Source: Octopus sinensis
Taxonomy: Eukaryota
Direction of reading: 5' to 3'
Length of the DNA stretch: 64,000 bases
Assembly: GCF_006345805.1 (NCBI RefSeq)
Contig: NC_043016.1
Coordinates: 30,008,001 to 30,072,000, forward strand
Below are positions 1-12,538 of the stretch, piece after piece. The notes under the pieces are model-generated. The model saw only the letters and a list, made by a program, of their open reading frames with translations, did no database searches and was not told the DNA's origin. The translations under genes were made by a program, and so were the position numbers. The stretch's first letter is position 1; the number at the start of each line of letters is the position of its first letter.

Positions 1-821
1 AAGAATGGTGAGACTGGGTTAAATGAGAGGAAGCCAATGGGGTCTTATATCAATGTAGCATCTCAGCTTACTAAAAATTGCAGCCAAACGTCTTTTTGTG
101 TAAGTTCACATTGAATATTGCAATCTTATAATGGATACACAAACAGACATGAAGGTCATGAACAGAAAGCTTTTGATCAAAGGCCTGCTCAGCCAGGGAT
201 GACCTAGAGTTAAGCAATAACAACAAAAGATTATACAAATGGAGAAAGAACCTTCACATGATCACTAAACCTGCTAGAAACAGCAACCAATTTCATAGAA
301 AGCAGAAGAACATATTGGATAATATGGTCCTAGATATCCTCTCTCCTTTTCTCTCAAGATGATCAAGGATGGAATATTCAGTCACTGTTGAAGTCTTGGA
401 GTGACAAATTTCTCATGATTGGTGGAGTTCACAGAGGGTTAAGAACAGCAAACAGAATTAGATGTAAGAAGTAAAAGGTTTTAGCTGGGCTTCATTTTGA
501 AATCCAGCTGAAAGGAAACAGAATCCATTTGATATGGTGCCTGCCTTATCAGCTTGATTAGGCACCAGCTAATTAAATAACTTCAGTTAATATTGAATCA
601 AATATTCCATTTGATTATATAACAGAATAAGATGAGGATACACATCAAACATTACCCTTCTCATTTAATTCAGTTTAAATGGAATTATCAATTTCTCTCT
701 TTGTTCTTTTCCTCCTCATTTTGCCCCTTCTCCATCTTCCTTTCCATCTCTCTTCTACTGGCTCTTTCTCAAAATCATCTCTTCTATTTTCTTGTTCAGT
801 TTAACACATTAGTTCAACCAC

Positions 822-1745
822 TTTGTTACTATATTTCCGCTGGGAAACTGAATTTGTTTTAATTAATTTTGAAAATAATGAAAAATTTTCTAAAATAACT
901 CTGCTGTTTTTAATTCGGTGTATGGAATGTATCATGAAATTTTAATCGAAAGTTTTCATTTAGATCACTTTAACCCTTTTGTTATCATATTTCTAATGCA
1001 ATACACTGCTCTTACTCTTTTACTCTTTACTCTTTTACTTGTTTCAGTCATTTGACTGCGGCCATGCTGGAGCACCGCCTTTAATCGAGCTTATTCTTTT
1101 GTAAGCCCAGTACTTATTCTATCGGTCTCTTTTGCCGAACCACTAAGTAACGGGGACATAAACACACCAGCATCGGTTGTCAAGCAATGCTAGGGGGACA
1201 AACACACTCACACAAACACACACACGCATATATATATACATATATACGACGGGCTTCTTTCAGTTTCCGTCTACCAAATCCACTCACAGGCTATGGTTGG
1301 CCCGAGGCTATAGTAGAAGACATTTGCCCAAGGTGCCACGCAGTGGGACTGAACCCGGAACCATGTGGTTGGTAAACAAGCTACTTACCACACAGTCACT
1401 CCTGCTCTTGTTTCAATTAATTTTGAAAATAATGAAGAAATTAGTAAAATAATTTTGTCGTTATTAAGCTAGTGTTTGGAATATAGATTAACATGAATTT
1501 TTAATGGAAGATTTTAATTTAGATCAATTTAACATTCTTGTTACCAAATTTCTGTTGAAATACACTACCTTTCTTTCTCATAATTCTGAAAATAATGAAG
1601 AATTACTAAAATAACGTTGTCATTATTAAGCTAGTGTTTGGAATATAATTAAGATGAAATTTTGATGCCGGTTTTAATTTAGAATTTGGATCACTTTAAC
1701 ACTTTTGTTACCATATTTCAGTTGAAATATGGTAACAATGATTAA
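822..1745. mobile_element. TTAA-type MITE-derived tandem array (~150-167 bp units), interrupted by a SINE
   Basis: A (ttaa)ccct/cactt-ttgttaccatatttc-like motif recurs at ~822, 970, 1529 and 1696 with the same internal AT-rich unit. The array ends in the palindrome ttaacacttttgttaccatatttc-agtt-gaaatatggtaacaatgattaa (1696-1745). The same left end occurs in the single MITE at 43162. Confidence 0.7.
1014..1401 (-). mobile_element. tRNA-headed SINE family A (octopus OR-like), full length
   Basis: A/B-box head, internal (CA)n/(TA)n tract, (AAGAGTA)n-type tail and 8-bp TSD ctgctctt (1006-1013 / 1402-1409). About 15 full or partial copies occur in the window. Confidence 0.9.
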
Positions 1746-2369
1746 GAACAATTCTTAAAGTTTGGTGATTGAAAACACCACCACCAACAACAACCATCAC
1801 CACCACCAACACCATTTAATAGAGTAATGTGGTTTAGTGGTTATGGTGTTGGACTTATGATCATAAGATTGTGATTTCAATTCTTGGTCTAGGTGATGCT
1901 TTGCATTCTTGAGCAAAACACTTCATTTCATGTTGCTCCAGTCAACTCAGTTGGTAAAAGTGAGTAAATATTGCAGTGTACAGGGGTCAATCTAATCAAC
2001 TGGACCCCTCCCCAAAAATTTCAGGCCTTGTGCCTAGAGGAGAAAAAAAAATGAGTGAAATGAAGGTTAAGGTAAATATAAAAGTTTTTATGGCTAGAGA
2101 GGGTAAAGTACATGAAGAGTTTCTTTGATATGTGTAGTTATCATGTGATTTTGTTGTTGACTACAAACTATAAATTACCATATCTCCACTGATAAATGTG
2201 CTAAGTGATCCATTTATGAAAGCCATAAATATATGGCAAGTGGTGTTAACACTGCATGTGAGGAGTTAAAGAGAAGAGAGAGGAGGGAAATTTTGTGAAA
2301 TTAGACCTTAGCATGAAGACTGTGTTTAATTAAAGTTTAACAGTAAATCCTTCCACCATTTATAAGGTA

Positions 2370-3125
2370 CAGTGATTCCTCGTTTATTGCGGTAGATTGG
2401 TTCTGAGACCGGCTGCGATAACTGAAGTTCCGCAAAGTAGGGACACCATATTTACAGTATTTATTTAATGTGTATTTGGACATTTAAAACCCTCCCTGTA
2501 CTGTTAACAACCCACCCATTACAGTAGTCTATTAATAACAAGGACAACTGTTAAGCAATAACACTTTAGATTTTAAAAAATAAAGATTGTTACTGTACTC
2601 AACACGAAAGAAGTTGAAATGAAATTTGAATGATGATGGTGATAAATTTGCTGTGCAGTAGAAATGATGATGATGAAGCTGACGGCGGTGACCTTTCCTG
2701 GGACACATCTTCCACTTCTTCCTAAGGTGCAGCCATAGTAGTAGCACCAGGACTGGCTCTTTTATGTGAGGCTGCAAAAACATTGCAATAGGGAGTTGCT
2801 GCCGCTGCTTCTTTTTCCATTCAAAGAGCATCTTGTAGGGATTCATGACTTTGTCGACCTTGTTGCAAATTTGCACAGAACGAACCATATCGTCATCCCA
2901 TTCCTGTGACCTTTCTTTCAATTCTTTAGCCAGGTTGCAGAGCTTGGCCAGCCATTCCAAAGTCAAGCCAGTTTGGTCGACAACTTCTGTTTCTTGCTGC
3001 GTTTCTTCTTCTTCTTTGGATTTAGTGAAAAATTCTAGGTGTTCATATATATATATGCATATTTTAAAAATCTGCGAAGTCATGAATCTGTGATAGTTGA
3101 ACCGCAAAGTAGTGAGGGATCACTG
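2370..3125 (-). mobile_element. pogo/Tigger-like non-autonomous DNA transposon with transposase C-terminal remnant
   Basis: TIRs cagtgattcctc / gagggatcactg with TA on both sides. The - strand ORF 2532-3107 contains LTLEWLAKL...DDDMVRSVQ...VMNPYKMLF..KKKQRQQLPIAMFL, resembling Tigger transposase C-termini. Confidence 0.8.
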
Positions 3126-4049
3126 TAGTTAACATGATAAATTCTCACTTTGTTGTACAGAGATACCACCAGCATGATGAAAATCAGCAATAACTTCAGC
3201 AAGGAATTTAGTGTACAGGGAAATGTACATTAGAGTATATTCTCAGTTCCACTGCAATTCATTATAGGTCTTCAGGAAGTAATTGAGGAGTTTAAGATTG
3301 GCTGTTAGTGGGAAATTTTCCTGTAGAAATCTGTCAAAGAATTAGAGAATAGATTTCAAATGGAAGCAAATTCAGAGGCTGAAGTAGAATTAGCCAAGAC
3401 AAAAACATTATTAGGTTGTCAGATAAAATTCATGCTGGCTTTTTCTACTTTGGCACTCTGCCATCATATATCTGAAAATTTAAAAAACGATAAACAAAAG
3501 AGAGAAAAAAATCCATAAAACACTATGATTAAAAATATTTTTTTATATTAATTCAAATAACATTGGAAAGAATTAAAATAAATGGGGGGAAAAAAATGAA
3601 CAAATTTAGTGGTTATGCAGATAGGGAATTGGTAGGAATTCCATATGGTGTACCCAACGTAAAATATGGCAACTCTAGTGTTGTTGTGGGATCACAAGCA
3701 GACTGATGTAGAAATAAAATTTTATATGTTGCAAAGGTACAAGAATATGAGATCCTATGAAATAAATTTCTTCCAAATGTTTCAAAGTCTCCTGATGAGA
3801 ATGCACTTGGATATTGATATTTTAAAACCTCTGAGAGCCATTAATAGTGTTAAAATATTTCAGTTCAAGTGCAAATATGCTTTCCAAATGATTGATTATC
3901 CAAATAGATTTGAAACTGACAAATAGAAATATGTGTTGACGCACTTCAGTTTTAACATAGCAAAATAATCTGAGTTTCTTTTTTCAGACAGATTTAATAA
4001 AATTCAGTATTTATGATATAGTCATATACACATGCATTTATCACATACA

Positions 4050-4082
<33 letters not shown>

Positions 4083-4120
4083 ATGTGTGTATTCTTTAAT
4101 GTACACAGTTATGAGCTGCT

Positions 4121-4343
4121 GTGGAGGCGCATGGCTTAGTGGTTAGGGTGTCAGCATCATGATCGTAAGATTGTGGTTTCGATTCCTGGACTGGGTAGCA
4201 CGTTATGTTCTTGAGCAAAACACTTCATTTCACGTTGCTCCAGGGCACTCAGCTGACAAAAATGAGTAACGCTGCGATGGACTGGCGTCCCGTCCGCCAT
4301 AGAAACCGGGAAACCGAGCCCATGAGCCTGGCTAGGCTTTAAA
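4121..4343 (+). mobile_element. tRNA-headed SINE (family B head/middle with family C tail)
   Basis: A box tggcttagtgg, B box gtttcgattcc, middle cacttcatttcacgttgctccag shared with 7838-8157, and 3' part ctgcgatggactggcgtcccgtcc...gaaaccgggaaacc shared with 32478-33121. Confidence 0.8.
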
Positions 4344-4539
4344 AACAGCACATTTATTTTTTTTTTTATGAGCTGCTACTACTAGTTTCATGCAATTGGG
4401 GATGTATCTCCAATTGCATGAAATTATTTGTAGCTTATAACTGTAGGCTGTGTACATTAAATAATATTTATCTCTCACTGGATGGAGTTCATATTTTGCT
4501 GATCTTACCTTGGCAGAAAAGTATTCTATGCTTGGGTCA

Positions 4540-5500
4540 AGGCATAGGACGTAACCCCCAATATCAGTAGTGGGGCTCAACAGCATATGCTGCTTTACCT
4601 CTGCTGCATCATGCTAGTTCCATACTCATTTGAGCAACATCAAATCCACTCATCCATTCACAAACACTCTCCAAGCTTTCCTTTCATTTATAAACTCTCT
4701 TGCCTTTCTCACTCCAACACCTCTAACTACCAAAACTTTCCTCACTCCATCCATCCAAATAAACCGAGGTTTGCCTCTGGTTCTGCTGCCTACTACTTCT
4801 GCCTTCATCACCCTCCTTACCATCCACTCCTCATCCATCCTCTCCATGTGGCCAAACCACCTCAACATTCGTCTATCCATAGATTTTCTCTCATTCCTGC
4901 TTGCCTTCGCACCTCATCATTTCTCATCCTGCCCATCCGTGTCACACCAACCATAGCCCTCAAACCTCCCATCTCAAACACATCTAGTCACCTCCTTTCC
5001 ACCTCTCTCAGACGTTATGTCTCTGCACCGTATAATATTTTCAGTACAATCACACCCTCATACACATCTCTTTTCACTTTCGTAATCAACATTTTATCTC
5101 TTAGCATACCTTTCACAACACCAAGAATCTTACTCCCTTCTCTCACTCTATATGCCACCTCCTCAGCCACCCACCACCCACCGTCACATGTGATCCCAGA
5201 TTCTTAAAGATAATCACCTCCTCTAATGTCTCACCATTTATACTCACATCCATCGTACCAGCCAATCCATCTCTTGAACATCTCATCACCTTACTCTTAA
5301 CTACATTCACTTTCAGTTTCCTCCTCTTACACATTCTTCCAAACTCTACCACCAGTCTCCTCATTTGCTCTTCTGAATCCACCACCAGTGCGATATCATC
5401 AGCAAACAACTGACTCACCTGCCATTTCTCTCCAATTTCTCCCACCATTTGGGCTCCCTTGCCAAAGGTTCTAGCATTTACCTCTCTCACCACACCATCT
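4540..5500 (-). mobile_element. RTE-clade LINE, 3' fragment (RT C-terminal part), degenerate
   Basis: Translations LFADDIALVVDSEEQMRRLVVEFGRMCKRRKLKVNVVKSKVM and MLRWFGHMERM...RGKPRFIWMDGV are RTE RT/thumb motifs. Confidence 0.9.
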
Positions 5501-5645
5501 TTCAGTTTCTGTCTACCAAATCCACTCACAAGGCTATGGTCGGCCTAAGGCTATACTAAAAGACACTTACTCAAGGTGCCACTCAGTGGGACTGAACCCA
5601 GAACTATGTGGTCGGTAAGCAAACTTCTTACCACCCAGTCACGTA
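5500..5645 (-). mobile_element. SINE family A, 5' portion fused to the RTE fragment
   Basis: Matches the family A head up to gaaactgaaaga, then continues directly into RTE sequence. Confidence 0.8.
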
Positions 5646-6024
5646 TGTGTCAATATATATTTATATATATCTGTGTGTGTTATCTATATATGTTTTACAT
5701 ACACACATACACACACATAGATACACAATTAAATATAACTTTATTATCATCATCCTCATTGAATGTCCATGTTCCATACAGGCATGGGTTGGACTATATT
5801 ATATACATATATTATTCATAAGGTTGAACTGTTAATCCCTACATGTTGTTTCTTCTTTCCATTTTCCCTCATTCTCTCTCCATTTTTTCCTCTCATTCCT
5901 TTTGTCAAAGAGTATAGGCATTGAGAGGTCAAAGACCTTTCCTTTCTTCCTGCGCATCAAACCAACACACCTGCTTGTTGTTCTCTCACTGTCCTCATCT
6001 TTGTTTTCTGTAAATTTGAACTTG

Positions 6025-6066
<42 letters not shown>

Positions 6067-6786
6067 TATATATATTATAAAATATTAGGGAATAAATCCA
6101 AACTTACAGGGAAAAATCAGATTTAGGATTAAATCCAATTTTATAGTAAAATATATTATATTAATTATATTAAATTAGAGATAAAATCACTATTAGGCAA
6201 ATCAAACAATGAAAAACATAAGCCAATACATAAAATTAATTAATTTATATTATTTTAAATAAATATCAAAAGTATTAAAAGTTTAATAAAAGATAAAGAG
6301 TAAAACACTACGATCATTTCATGGCTGTACAATTCGTAATAATTCGAGTTATGGTTACAATCAATCTTCAGGTTAATTGAAATATTTATCTTAGCGAGGT
6401 TTAGCAATATATATATATATATATATATATTCTTTTATTCTTTTACTTGTTTCAGTCATTTGACTGGACCATGCTGGAGCACTGCCTTTAGTCGAGTAAA
6501 TCGACCCCAGGACTTATTCATTGTAAGCCTAGTAACTTATCCTATTGGTCTCTTTTGCTGACTGCTAAGTTACAGGGACATAACATACCAACATCGGTTG
6601 TCAAGCAATGGTTGGGGGACAAACACAGACACACACACAAATGTAAAACGAATGTAAAACGAGCAAGACAAATGAAGATACAAAATTTTGGATTTTTTAA
6701 AGTATGCTAGGGCACTGGTTTAAATTGATATTAATTATCATTACTTTCTACCCTCATTATTTAACTTCATATATATATATATATAG

Positions 6787-7184
6787 TAGGAGTGGCTGTG
6801 TGGTAAGTAGCTGGCTTACGAACCACATGGTTCCAGGCTCAGTCCTACTGCATGGCACCTTAGGCAAGTATCTTCTACTATAGCTTGAGGTTGACCAAAC
6901 CCTTGTGAGTGGATTTGGTAGACAGAAACTGAAAGAAGCTCGTCGTATATATGTATATGTGTGTGTGTGTATGTTTGCGTGTCTGTGTTTGTCCCCACCA
7001 ACATCGCTTGACAACTGATGGTGGTGTGTTTATGCCCTAGTAACTTAGCGGTTTTTGGCAAAAGAGACCAATCGAATTAATACTAGGCTTACAAAGAATA
7101 AGTCCTGGGGGAGATTTGCTCGACTAAAGGCAGTGCTCCAGTATGGCCATACTGAAATGACTGAAACAAGTAAAAGACAGAAAG

Positions 7185-7185
<1 letters not shown>
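6787..7185 (+). mobile_element. SINE family A, full length
   Basis: Near-identical to 1014-1401 in the opposite orientation. A 3'-half copy lies at ~6431-6640 (-). Confidence 0.9.
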
Positions 7186-7218
<33 letters not shown>

Positions 7219-7221
<3 letters not shown>

Positions 7222-7597
7222 TTTATATAAAAGTAAGGTTGTGTGTCTGTCTCCTACGATTTAGATTCCTAACTACCCCATTTTGCGGTGCAGTTTAACC
7301 AGTTTATCTTATAGTCGTGATTTATATCGAGCCCTTCTGGGTATTAGCGTGCGTCTATGATGAGTCTACGATTTAAAAAAAAAATTACTATAATTTTTTT
7401 CCATTTTAAGGCATTTTTTCGCTATTATATAAGGGAAGTAACTCTCTAAAAATGTCTACAATGAGTCAACGATTTAAAAAAAAATTTACCATCATTTTTT
7501 TCCCATTTTTAATGCATTTTTTTGGCTATAACTCTCAAAAAATGCTTATATAGTTATTTCCCTTACAAACCCGAGCAATGCCGGGCGATACTGCTAG
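7219..7597 (+). mobile_element. Non-autonomous Helitron
   Basis: 5' TC after A, 3' hairpin cccgagcaatgccggg (7570-7585) followed 8 nt later by CTAG (7594-7597) then T. Inserted in (TA)n with no TSD and carries an internal ~105-bp duplication. Confidence 0.85.
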
Positions 7598-7837
7598 TAT
7601 ATATATATATATAGAAAGTTGTTTGCTATGACCAGTCAGAGAGGGACTATTGAACTCAGAACCATGTAGTTAAGAAGCAAGCTTCTTATCACTCAACCAC
7701 AAAATAATTTAATTTCTTGGAATCTTGGTGTTCTGTGACATAAATGACTTAACTACCAGCGAAACTAAACTAAACCCAGGAAACTTGCCACCTGTCTAAT
7801 TACCTACAACTCAAGGCAGATAGATTATATTAAAAAG

Positions 7838-8157
7838 ACCCCGCCGGTTACGACGACGAGGGTCCCAGCTGATACGATCAACGGAACAGCTTGCTCGTGA
7901 AATTAACGTGCAAATGGCTGAGCATTCCACAGACACGTGTACCCTTAACGTAGTTCTCGGGGATAATCAGCGTGACACAGAGAGTGACAAGGCTGACCCT
8001 TTGAAATACAAGTACAACTCATTTTTGGCAGCTGAGTGGACTGGAGCAACGTGAAATAAAGTGTCTTGCTCAAGGACACAACGCGTCGCCGGGAATCGAA
8101 CTCACAACCTTACGATCATGAGCCGAATGTCCTAACCACTAAGCCACGCGCCCTCAC
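7838..8157 (-). mobile_element. tRNA-headed SINE family B (tRNA-Met-like head), young copy
   Basis: A box tggcttagtgg, ctCATga anticodon-like loop, B box gttcgattcc, many intact CpGs. Confidence 0.85.
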
Positions 8158-8574
8158 AGATAGTTTATATATGCACGAGGGAATGGGATGGAGCACCAGG
8201 CCACAGATTGTGAATGCTTAGTCTTTACCTGGATAAGAACATAGACTTGTGATCAGCTATCTAAGGATAGACTCAGTGACATAAAACAAAATGGAGATAG
8301 AAAGTTTGGGAAACGAGGCTCATTGAAGTATTAGCTGACCTGCATGATGACAATGGACCAGAGATGGAGAGTAATAATGTAAGGGACAACTGGATGTTTT
8401 TTATGAGGCATCTTGCTGCAAGTGACATACCAAATCTGAAGTTAGATTGAGGCTTCAGCTGGGACATTGCTCTAACTGGAGATCTGAACCTCACAAAGAA
8501 TAAAGCAAATGGACCCTAAAAGTGGTAAGGTACCATTCTGGAGTACACCTGTCTAACCCATGTGAACATGGGAA

Positions 8575-8690
8575 AATGGTAGTGGCGGTGGTGGTGGTGA
8601 CGGTGGTGACGGTGGTGGCAGTGGTGGTATTGACAGCAGCTGTGGTGGTGGAGGTGGCAGTGGTGGTGAAGTTGACGATGGCAGCAGCTA
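8575..8690. repeat. Degenerate (GGT/GGC)n microsatellite
   Basis: Direct inspection. Confidence 0.9.
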
Positions 8691-9802
8691 TGAACACAAT
8701 GAAATTCAGTCAATAATCACAAACAGACACACATCTAGTCTCCTTGAGTGTTCTTGCTTTAATGAGGGAAAAATATTAAAATTATCAATAACATTGCTTT
8801 CAATACTGTTTTGGTTGCTTTCATACATATATTTCCATTACTTTCGGTGGTGGAATCATTTCAAATGTGATTCATTTTTAATATCTTTGTATTGAAAAGA
8901 AAGATTTGGTCTAAGGCTTATGGAGTTCCAATATATAAAAGAAAGGAGATTTAATGTAATATCAGCTTAGAATTATGTAATGTTAGATAAGAATTCTGCT
9001 ACTTGAGTTCTTTGAGATTACATTGAAGAAAATTCCTAACAGTATTGCTAAGGATTATATATGTTATTTACCGTATAATAATATAGCTGCATCACAAATA
9101 TATTTCAACAAATAGGAGCATAAACCAAGTGGGAATGCTTCTAAGTGATTACTCATCCTGCTAGAAATAGCAACCAAGTTACTCTCAAATCAAAACTCCA
9201 TCATCTTTAAACAAGGATGGTTATATTATTTAATGTAGTTTTATATATTTTCAAAGAGATTATTACATCTGGAATGCTTATCATAAGTCTGCTTTTTATC
9301 AAAGTTACCTTGCAGATAAAAAAAGCAATAACTACTTCTACTACTACTACAAATATTCTTTCTACTATAGGCATGAAACCTGAAATGTCAGGGAATGGGG
9401 TTAGTTAAATATATTGACCCTTGTATTCAACTCATACTTATTTTATCCACCCTGAAAGGGTAAAAGGCAAAGATGACACAGGTGAAATTTGAACTCAGAA
9501 TATAAAGGCAGAAGAAATGTCACTAAACATTTTGTCCAGAGGGGTAATGTTTCTGCCAGCTTTCCACAGTAGCAACAATAACAAATTTGAAGAACATATA
9601 AGCATGTGTGACTGTGTGGTAAGAAGCTTGCTTCTCAACCACATGGTTCTGGGCTCAGTTCCACTGCGTGGCACCTTGGGCAAATGTCTTCTACTGTAGC
9701 CTTGGGTCAACCAAAGCCTTGTGAGTGGATTTTGTTGATGGAAACTGAAAGAAGCCCATCATATATTATATATATATTATATATATATGTATATATATAT
9801 AT

Positions 9803-9874
<72 letters not shown>

Positions 9875-9904
9875 TAAGATCAGGAAATTAGCATTAGTTT
9901 ATCT

Positions 9905-9980
9905 CACTCTTTCTCGTGGAACCCAGAGGAACCTTTTGTGGAGTCCTAGGGTTCTGGGGAACCCCGGTTGAGAAACGCTG
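9905..9980. mobile_element. hAT/Charlie-like terminal fragment
   Basis: Ends ggttgagaaacgctg (reverse complement cagcgtttctcaacc), the same TIR type as the complete element at 61347-62031. Confidence 0.55.
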
Positions 9981-10159
9981 CTCTAACTCATGCCAGCATA
10001 GAAATCAGACTTTAAATGCTGCTGCTGGTGATAATGACAATGAAGATGGTTCCCATTTCTTTTATATCTGTTGTCCTAATTTCTATGTTGTATTCCTGGG
10101 GCCATTGTTAAGTTGTTCTGTAGCCACTGTAATGTTTTGAGTAATGTTGAGATAATAAT

Positions 10160-10529
10160 AGCAAGAGCACTTGGAGAGCACAGGCCTCTGCCAAAGCAAC
10201 ACCAATGTCCTCTCAACAATTAGGCAGAAATGACTTTTAAAATGAGAATATCTGAAATAAGCTCAACTGCTCTCACAAACGAGAATGCTAAAAATGAACC
10301 CAACTGCTCTCAAAAATTAAGTAAAAGAACAGGAAAAGTAATTGAGAATCCTTGTCTGGTACCAGATCAATCCCCAAATCTAATCAGTTTGTGCCAGTCA
10401 TGAGGCCAAACATCCCTGAAAGTTTCATCTGAATCTATCCAGCTGTTATCGAGATATCTTGTCCATGGATAAACGATCAAACAAACACAACTGAAAACAA
10501 ACCTCTGCCTTTGCTAAGGTGGAGGTAAT
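10160..10529 (-). mobile_element. Helentron-associated (HINE/DINE-1-like) non-autonomous element
   Basis: On the - strand: 5' subterminal IR forming a stem-loop (cctccaccttagcaaaggcagagg), short gttt-type repeat, 3' subterminal IR tggcagagg and terminal hairpin gtgctctccaagtgc, with T-rich flanks. Confidence 0.65.
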
Positions 10530-10580
10530 AGTAATAATAATAATAATAATATAATAATAATAATATAATAATAATAATAT

Positions 10581-10648
<68 letters not shown>
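10530..10648. repeat. (AAT)n microsatellite
   Basis: Direct inspection; a similar tract lies at ~12690-12720. Confidence 0.95.
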
Positions 10649-10649
<1 letters not shown>

Positions 10650-11706
10650 GATGCAGTACCAGGCAGTGGCTCTCGTGGCTTCTGATCTTAACTGATTGGA
10701 AGTGCTATCATGTACATTGTTTTGTCTTGGTATAAAAAATGGGCTACAGCAAATATTCTGCTCAATACCACAGATATTTGACCTTAACCAGTTGGCCATG
10801 TCCCTTAGTGGCTGACGATATATGCATCTCTGATCATGAGCAGAAGTAGTGGGGAAAGCATCATAGCCATGTGTTGAGAGGGATTCTTTGGGGTTTGAAT
10901 AACTCACCTCTGGAAACAAGGGTGTTTCGTTCAACATCCTTAAACAACCCTTATTCAGGGACCTTTTGAGCGGGATGGGTTTGTAACGAACTAGTGAATA
11001 TCTTCTCTGGACCTTTTGGGGGTGCGAGAAGCAATCACTATCCGTTGCTTTAATAATCCAGATTCTCTACCAGTCAGAAACAACAAGACGCAGACGTAAA
11101 ATATATATATCTACTTTATTCTCTTATGACAGTAAAGAAATAAGTGGTATATCTGGGTATCCCTTTGGTATAGATGTGTCAGAGCTGAACTATATCGCTG
11201 TAGAATCTACAGGGTTCAAATGCTAACGACACTGGTCAAAGATGGCGTCCAGAAAGAGGAAGATGATGTTGCCTGCAACAATTTGGTTAAAAGCCTTTGG
11301 CCGACTGCTATCATAAATGGACAGCGAGAAAATATACGTCCGTTGCCCTCGGTCGCTTTGTCTCAAGTCAATGACTGCTGCTGGATGCTAGTGGTCAACG
11401 TCCTACGATCCCCTTGCCTCGGCTAACTGCCACGTAGGCAAATGGTCCTTCTTCCGGGGCTTCGCGCATGCGCCGCTGTATAGCGTCACTACAGGTTACT
11501 CGAGCAGAAGAAAATTCTAACTGGGCCCCACCAACAAGATCATGTGCTGTTTATCTTGATATGAGATCACCATTTCGCGCACATATGTTTGTGATGCATG
11601 TGCCTGGTGTACCCTTATGAGACGGGTAGTCATGATGGGTATACTGGGCTTTGTATATTTTACCCCAGTGTCACTTCGATGGCATGCACTGCTTTCTCAC
11701 ACAATA
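10649..11706 (-). mobile_element. Dispersed ~550-bp repeat abutting (AAT)n, interrupted by a solo LTR
   Basis: 10649-10981 is highly similar to ~12738-13030. The sequence resumes after the LTR at 11494. No TIR or tRNA head was recognised. Confidence 0.65.
10982..11493 (-). mobile_element. Solo LTR (Ty3/Gypsy-like), 512 bp
   Basis: TG...CA termini (tgtaac...actaca), perfect 4-bp TSD ggtt, CpG-rich, AATAAA on the - strand at 11115-11120. Confidence 0.85.
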
Positions 11707-12269
11707 ATGGTTTCAAATTTTGACACAAGGACAGCAGTTTGGGGAGAGTTGATTACATTGACTTCAGTGTTCAACTGCTACTCATTTTTATATATATATA
11801 TAAAAACTCATGTATCCATTTCTAGATCTAGGGTCATGTGATCCTGTTTCAAATATATGGTCCAGTGAACCAGTTTCTTTCCTCAACACCATCTATTTTA
11901 TTTATTTTTCATCCATTTTCCCCATCCACAGCTGTATACTACTTGTATGACTGATTAAAACAATTATTCCATTGTCAGCACATTAGACTCAGTCATTTGT
12001 CTTTAGCTATGAAATATAAACAGAGGTGTCACATCACTCCAAGTGTTCTGGATATTAGTCAGGCTATTTTGCTAAGCAGTTTAAGGGAGTATTATACTGT
12101 CGTGTTACTTGGCATTTTTCACTGAGTTCAGATTGTCCATGCTTTCCAGGAACCTTCCAGTTTGGCAGCTTCCTAATGATAATGTTTGCTTAACTTTTCA
12201 ATATTTGAAAGCCAACTTTCATTAATTGTTCTCAGGAGAGCCATATTGTTCTTGCTACACACAAACACA

Positions 12270-12331
<62 letters not shown>

Positions 12332-12417
12332 GTGATACACAATAATATCAACATCACTCTGACAATATCTTTTTCAATTAGCTAAGTGTTGTTACTTGCT
12401 ATTCTTAACACTCTATG

Positions 12418-12505
12418 ATACATACATTTATGCATACATTCATACATCCATCCACACATGCATTCATACATACATGCATACATACATGCATACATATATA
12501 CATAC

Positions 12506-12538
<33 letters not shown>

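Noticed and set aside
7838-8157. tRNA-Met gene
   Set aside because: It has A/B boxes and a CAT loop but no acceptor stem, and it continues into a multicopy SINE body. The same applies to the other SINE heads.
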